Part shown: one piece after another, positions 25,604-28,689 of the stretch | Layout of the letters: each line of letters starts with the position of its first letter | Numbering within the stretch: position 1 is the first letter of the stretch | Assembly (NCBI GenBank): GCA_049679565.1 | Contig: JBAUGH010000332.1 | Location: forward strand, 1 to 28,689 | Origin: Acidobacteriaceae bacterium | Lineage (GTDB): Bacteria; Acidobacteriota; Terriglobia; Terriglobales; Acidobacteriaceae | DNA length: 28,689 nt | Direction of reading: 5' to 3' | Program-made: the position numbers and the translations under genes | The notes under the pieces: generated by a model | Told to the model about the DNA's origin: nothing | Seen by the model: only the letters and a program-made list of their open reading frames with translations | Databases searched by the model: none

Positions 25604-25693
25604 GGAGGGATGTGTGAGCGGTTGAAACAGGCGGTCTTGAAAACCGCTGTGCCCGCAAGGGTACCGGGGGTTCGAATCCCTCTCCCTCCGCCA
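25604..25693 (+). tRNA. tRNA-Ser (anticodon TGA)
   Basis: Acceptor stem GGAGGGA/TCCCTCC, D-stem TGT/ACA, anticodon arm GCGGT-CTTGAAA-ACCGC (TGA at 25638-25640), long variable arm GTGCCC-GCAA-GGGTAC, T-loop TTCGAAT, discriminator G and encoded CCA. Confidence 0.98.
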
Positions 25694-25714
25694 GTTCTCC
25701 ACGCCTTCTTCCCC

Positions 25715-27067
25715 CTACACCCCGGCCCGAGGCTTGTTAATCCGCACGAAGTCCGTATCCTGCACCGGCTCCGACTCGCACTCGATCTCGAGCGTCGCCA
25801 CCGGCCAGTCCGGCGCCTTCTCCGGCAGCCCCACAAACTTCGTCTGGAAGTCATCCTGCGTGAACTTCACCTCTGCCCCGGTCTTCACGATCCGTGCCGA
25901 CGTCACCTTCGTCCGCAGTCCGCTGATTGCCACATACTCGCCCGGCCAGAAGTGCACATGCATATATAAGGTGTTGCCGATCCGCGAAAAGCTCGCGTAG
26001 TTCGACTCCCGCACCTGGCACAAATCCGACGCGTAAATCGAGTGCCCGTTCGTGTCCATCCACTGGCCCACTTCCGTCAGCACTCGCACCGACTCTTCCG
26101 GAATCGACCCGTCCGGCTTCGGCCCGATATTCAGCAGATAATTCCCGCCATCCCGCGCGCACGAGATCAGATTCCGAATCACCGTCCGCGACGACTTCCA
26201 GTTATCGTCCGCCCGCTGATAGCCCCAGCTGTCGTTCAGGGTCATGCACGACTCCCACGCGCGCCCGTTTTTCTCCGCCACAATCTTCTGTTCCGGCGTC
26301 GAGAAGTCGCCCTCCAGCTTGTTGCGATTGTTCACGATGATCTCCGGCTGCAGCTCGAAGACCATCTGATTCATCTTTTCCGATTCCCACCCCTCCACGT
26401 CCAGCGGCCACGCCACGTCGTACCACAACACGTCGATCTTGCCGTAGTTCGTCATAATCTCGCGGATCAGCCCGTGCGTGTACTCCACAAACCGCTGCCG
26501 CGCCGCTTCGTCCGTCGCGCACCGCGCCCCGTCGGGATGATGCCAGTCCATCAGCGAGTAATAGAACCCTACGCGCAATCCCTCCGCCCGCGCCGCCTCC
26601 ACATACTCGTGGACCAGATCGCGCCCCGGGCCCTGCTTCGGCGCGCAGTAATCCGTCAGCTTCGACGAAAAATTGCAGAAGCCTTCATGATGCTTGGTCG
26701 TCATCACCATGTACTTCTGCCCTGCCGCCTTCGCCAGCTTCGCCCACGCCCGCGGGCAATTCGCCGCGGGATCGAATTTTGCCGCGTGCGCCGTGTACTC
26801 CCCAATCGGAATCGCCTCGTTCTCCATCACCCATTCGTGCCGCTCAAACGTGCTGTACACGCCAAAGTGGATGAACATCCCGAATCGCGCCGCATGCCAC
26901 CACTGCATCCGCTCCGCCCGCGTCTGCGCCTGCACCGCATCGGCCTGGCTTTCCGCCGCAGTTTCTGCCGTTCCAATTTGTTGCCCCAGCGCTCCACGCA
27001 TCCCCATCATGGCCAGCGAAGCACCGGTACTTTTCAGCATCGCGCGACGCGAAAACATCCCCTTCAT
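25715..27067 (-). CDS. Alpha-L-fucosidase, glycoside hydrolase family 29, Tat-exported
   Basis: ATG 27067 follows GGAGGAGG. Tat motif SRRAMLK. WWHAARFGMFIHFG, TTKHHEGF, GFYYSLMDWHHP, VLWYD (nucleophile), WESCMT, SWGY and GGNYLLNIGP. Confidence 0.95.
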   Translation of the reverse strand: MKGMFSRRAMLKSTGASLAMMGMRGALGQQIGTAETAAESQADAVQAQTRAERMQWWHAARFGMFIHFGVYSTFERHEWVMENEAIPIGEYTAHAAKFDPAANCPRAWAKLAKAAGQKYMVMTTKHHEGFCNFSSKLTDYCAPKQGPGRDLVHEYVEAARAEGLRVGFYYSLMDWHHPDGARCATDEAARQRFVEYTHGLIREIMTNYGKIDVLWYDVAWPLDVEGWESEKMNQMVFELQPEIIVNNRNKLEGDFSTPEQKIVAEKNGRAWESCMTLNDSWGYQRADDNWKSSRTVIRNLISCARDGGNYLLNIGPKPDGSIPEESVRVLTEVGQWMDTNGHSIYASDLCQVRESNYASFSRIGNTLYMHVHFWPGEYVAISGLRTKVTSARIVKTGAEVKFTQDDFQTKFVGLPEKAPDWPVATLEIECESEPVQDTDFVRINKPRAGV

Positions 27068-27214
27068 CGGCAGCAACCTCCTCCCAGGATTGGCAGAGTG
27101 TTGGTGGAATACTCCGGCAGCTTCCGCCTCACACATCCTGGGTCATGCCAACAGCCGCGGTCAAGCAGTTCCCGCTGAGCCTCGCAGCAGTCTCACCATG
27201 CGAGACAAATTGCC

Positions 27215-27415
27215 TCAGCGGACACCTGCGGCGCCACAGGTCGCGGCGCCATTCGCCGCGACCTCACGATGCCGCAACGTCGCCCCCAGCAATTCGTATT
27301 GATCGCTGGCAATGTAATCCACCCCCGCCCCTTCGGCCGCCCGCCACCGCTCTTCCGCCGCGCCGGCCGCCAGCGCCATCGTGGAGAACAGAAGCAGACA
27401 AACAGCGCGACGCAT
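27215..27415 (-). pseudogene. Short ORF, probable internally deleted remnant of a secreted PLC/GDPD-like phosphodiesterase
   Basis: ATG 9 nt after the upstream gene's stop, with a GAGAGG RBS. A signal peptide is joined directly to RWRAAEGAGVDYIASDQYE, which resembles the last helix-strand unit (GVDxIxT/SD) of PLC/GDPD-type TIM barrels. Confidence 0.5.
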
Positions 27416-27424
27416 CCGGTCCTC

Positions 27425-28687
27425 TCAGTTTTTTCCCTGCGGATCGGGCGTCGATCCCCAGTTAACGTAAACAGGATTGCCCAGCAGCAACAGCCGCCCA
27501 TCCGCGCCATGCGCCTCCACCCGCAGCCAGTGCCTCGCACCGTCCGAAGTCCAGGCAGCATGCAGCGTCGCATCTCCCGACCCGATACGCTGCGGCGCCA
27601 AATCCGGGCTCGCCGCGCCATCGAGAAAGTACTCGACCGTCCCTCCCGCACATCCGGCCACATGCACGTCCAGCCCGACGGATTCACCCGGAGCCGCGGC
27701 CAGAACACCGCCCATCTTCACCGACGCCCCACCCGCATGCGCCCCCATCTCCAGCATCCGATCCCTTGAACCGGTGACATCGATGAACACCCGCCCCGAG
27801 CGGATGCCGTCAAGAATCCCCGCCACCGAAAGATTCCGCGCATAAATCACCGTCGTCGGATACCCCACCGAAGCCGTCCGCTCTGGAGGCCAGTCCGCAT
27901 GATGGTTGTCGCTCCCGCCCACCGCCGTCAGCCGATACCCCCGCCGCAGCTGCGCTTCCCAAAACCGCGTAGCCGGAGCCCCGCCGCCATTCACCACTTC
28001 AATCGACGTCACCAGGCTCATGTCCGCCGGAGGCGTCGGATTCCACCCGCACCCCATGCAGATTTCCCCCGTCGGCAATTCGGGATGATTGATGGAAACG
28101 ATGGCGCCCAGCGACCGCGCCTCCCGAAACATCGCGTTCACGTCCGGGACCTGCGCGCTTCCCACCCGGTAGTCAATCCATCGCGTCGTCCCCCACTCGT
28201 TCGCATGGCCGTGAAACGTCGTCAGCTCCCGCCCCGGGATCATCAGCAGCTTGTCGAACCACGGCTGCAGCTCCCGCTCGTCGTCGTACTGCGACGTCGC
28301 GTTGTGATCCGTGATCGCAATGAAGTCGAGCCCCCGCCGCGCCGCCGCCTCCACCGTAAAGATCAGCGGGCACGGCACATTCTTCCCGCTCTGGCTCGGA
28401 CAGCTCCCGTCGCTGTGCGCCGTGTGCATGTGCAGATCCCCGCGATACCACCCCGCCTGCGAGTTCAGCGGCTGCTCGGTAAACGACGAGTCATCCAGTT
28501 TCGAATTGAACCAAACTTCTGCGCGATACCGCGACGTCACTCCCACCCGTATATTCGGCACCGCGATCAGCAGCTTCCACCGTCCCGGCGGAATCGCTCC
28601 CGGCAGGTACGACGGCGTGGCGTCCGTGTCGCTCAGCGTGAACTGATCCTTATTCCCCCCGCTTTCTCCGCGAAACCGAAACGGGTC
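27425..28687 (-). CDS. CehA/McbA family PHP-domain metallohydrolase (5' end outside the window)
   Basis: The frame stays open from the window edge (DPFRFRGESGGNKDQF...ATPSYLPGAIPPGRW...VPNIR). GWYRGDLHMHTAHSDG, LDFIAITDHN, GRELTTFHGH, SINHP, IEVVNG, GGSDNH and C-terminal LLGNPVY. Confidence 0.9.
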   Translation of the reverse strand, partial: DPFRFRGESGGNKDQFTLSDTDATPSYLPGAIPPGRWKLLIAVPNIRVGVTSRYRAEVWFNSKLDDSSFTEQPLNSQAGWYRGDLHMHTAHSDGSCPSQSGKNVPCPLIFTVEAAARRGLDFIAITDHNATSQYDDERELQPWFDKLLMIPGRELTTFHGHANEWGTTRWIDYRVGSAQVPDVNAMFREARSLGAIVSINHPELPTGEICMGCGWNPTPPADMSLVTSIEVVNGGGAPATRFWEAQLRRGYRLTAVGGSDNHHADWPPERTASVGYPTTVIYARNLSVAGILDGIRSGRVFIDVTGSRDRMLEMGAHAGGASVKMGGVLAAAPGESVGLDVHVAGCAGGTVEYFLDGAASPDLAPQRIGSGDATLHAAWTSDGARHWLRVEAHGADGRLLLLGNPVYVNWGSTPDPQGKN

Positions 28688-28689
28688 TT

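Noticed and set aside
25604..25693. tRNA as an integration site for a genomic island
   Set aside because: No integrase, and no duplicated tRNA 3' end was seen in the window.
1..28689. CRISPR arrays, IS elements, prophage genes or rRNA
   Set aside because: No regularly spaced repeats, transposase, integrase or phage motifs, or rRNA-like sequence were seen.

Overview
GC-rich bacterial chromosomal DNA, very probably from Acidobacteriota (Terriglobia). This is inferred from family hallmarks: two TIGR03435/DUF3738 domains, an acidobacterial VWA protein and an Oar-like outer-membrane barrel. Gene order: a TetR-HlyD-ABC efflux operon; an unknown membrane protein; a stand-alone EAL phosphodiesterase; a PHP-like hydrolase, a LolA/MucB-like protein and an SqdX-like glycosyltransferase; an esterase, PL10 pectate lyase and GH2 cluster; an SRAP/YedK gene divergent from a BlaI - M56/DUF3738 - DUF3738 - OM barrel - VWA cluster; tRNA-Ser(TGA); a Tat-exported GH29 fucosidase; a short, probably internally deleted gene; and a partial CehA/McbA PHP hydrolase. 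The best candidate for an undescribed system is the BlaI-controlled cluster (16.3-25.6 kb). It has tandem TACA-NN-TGTA operators, a free secreted copy of the sensor's extracellular module, and a barrel with an apparently reduced plug. Other leads are a possible phospholipid-to-glycolipid remodelling module, structured intergenic RNA candidates and a strand-independent GC-skew reversal. No mobile element or CRISPR array was seen. All family calls come from motif recognition by eye, not database searches.
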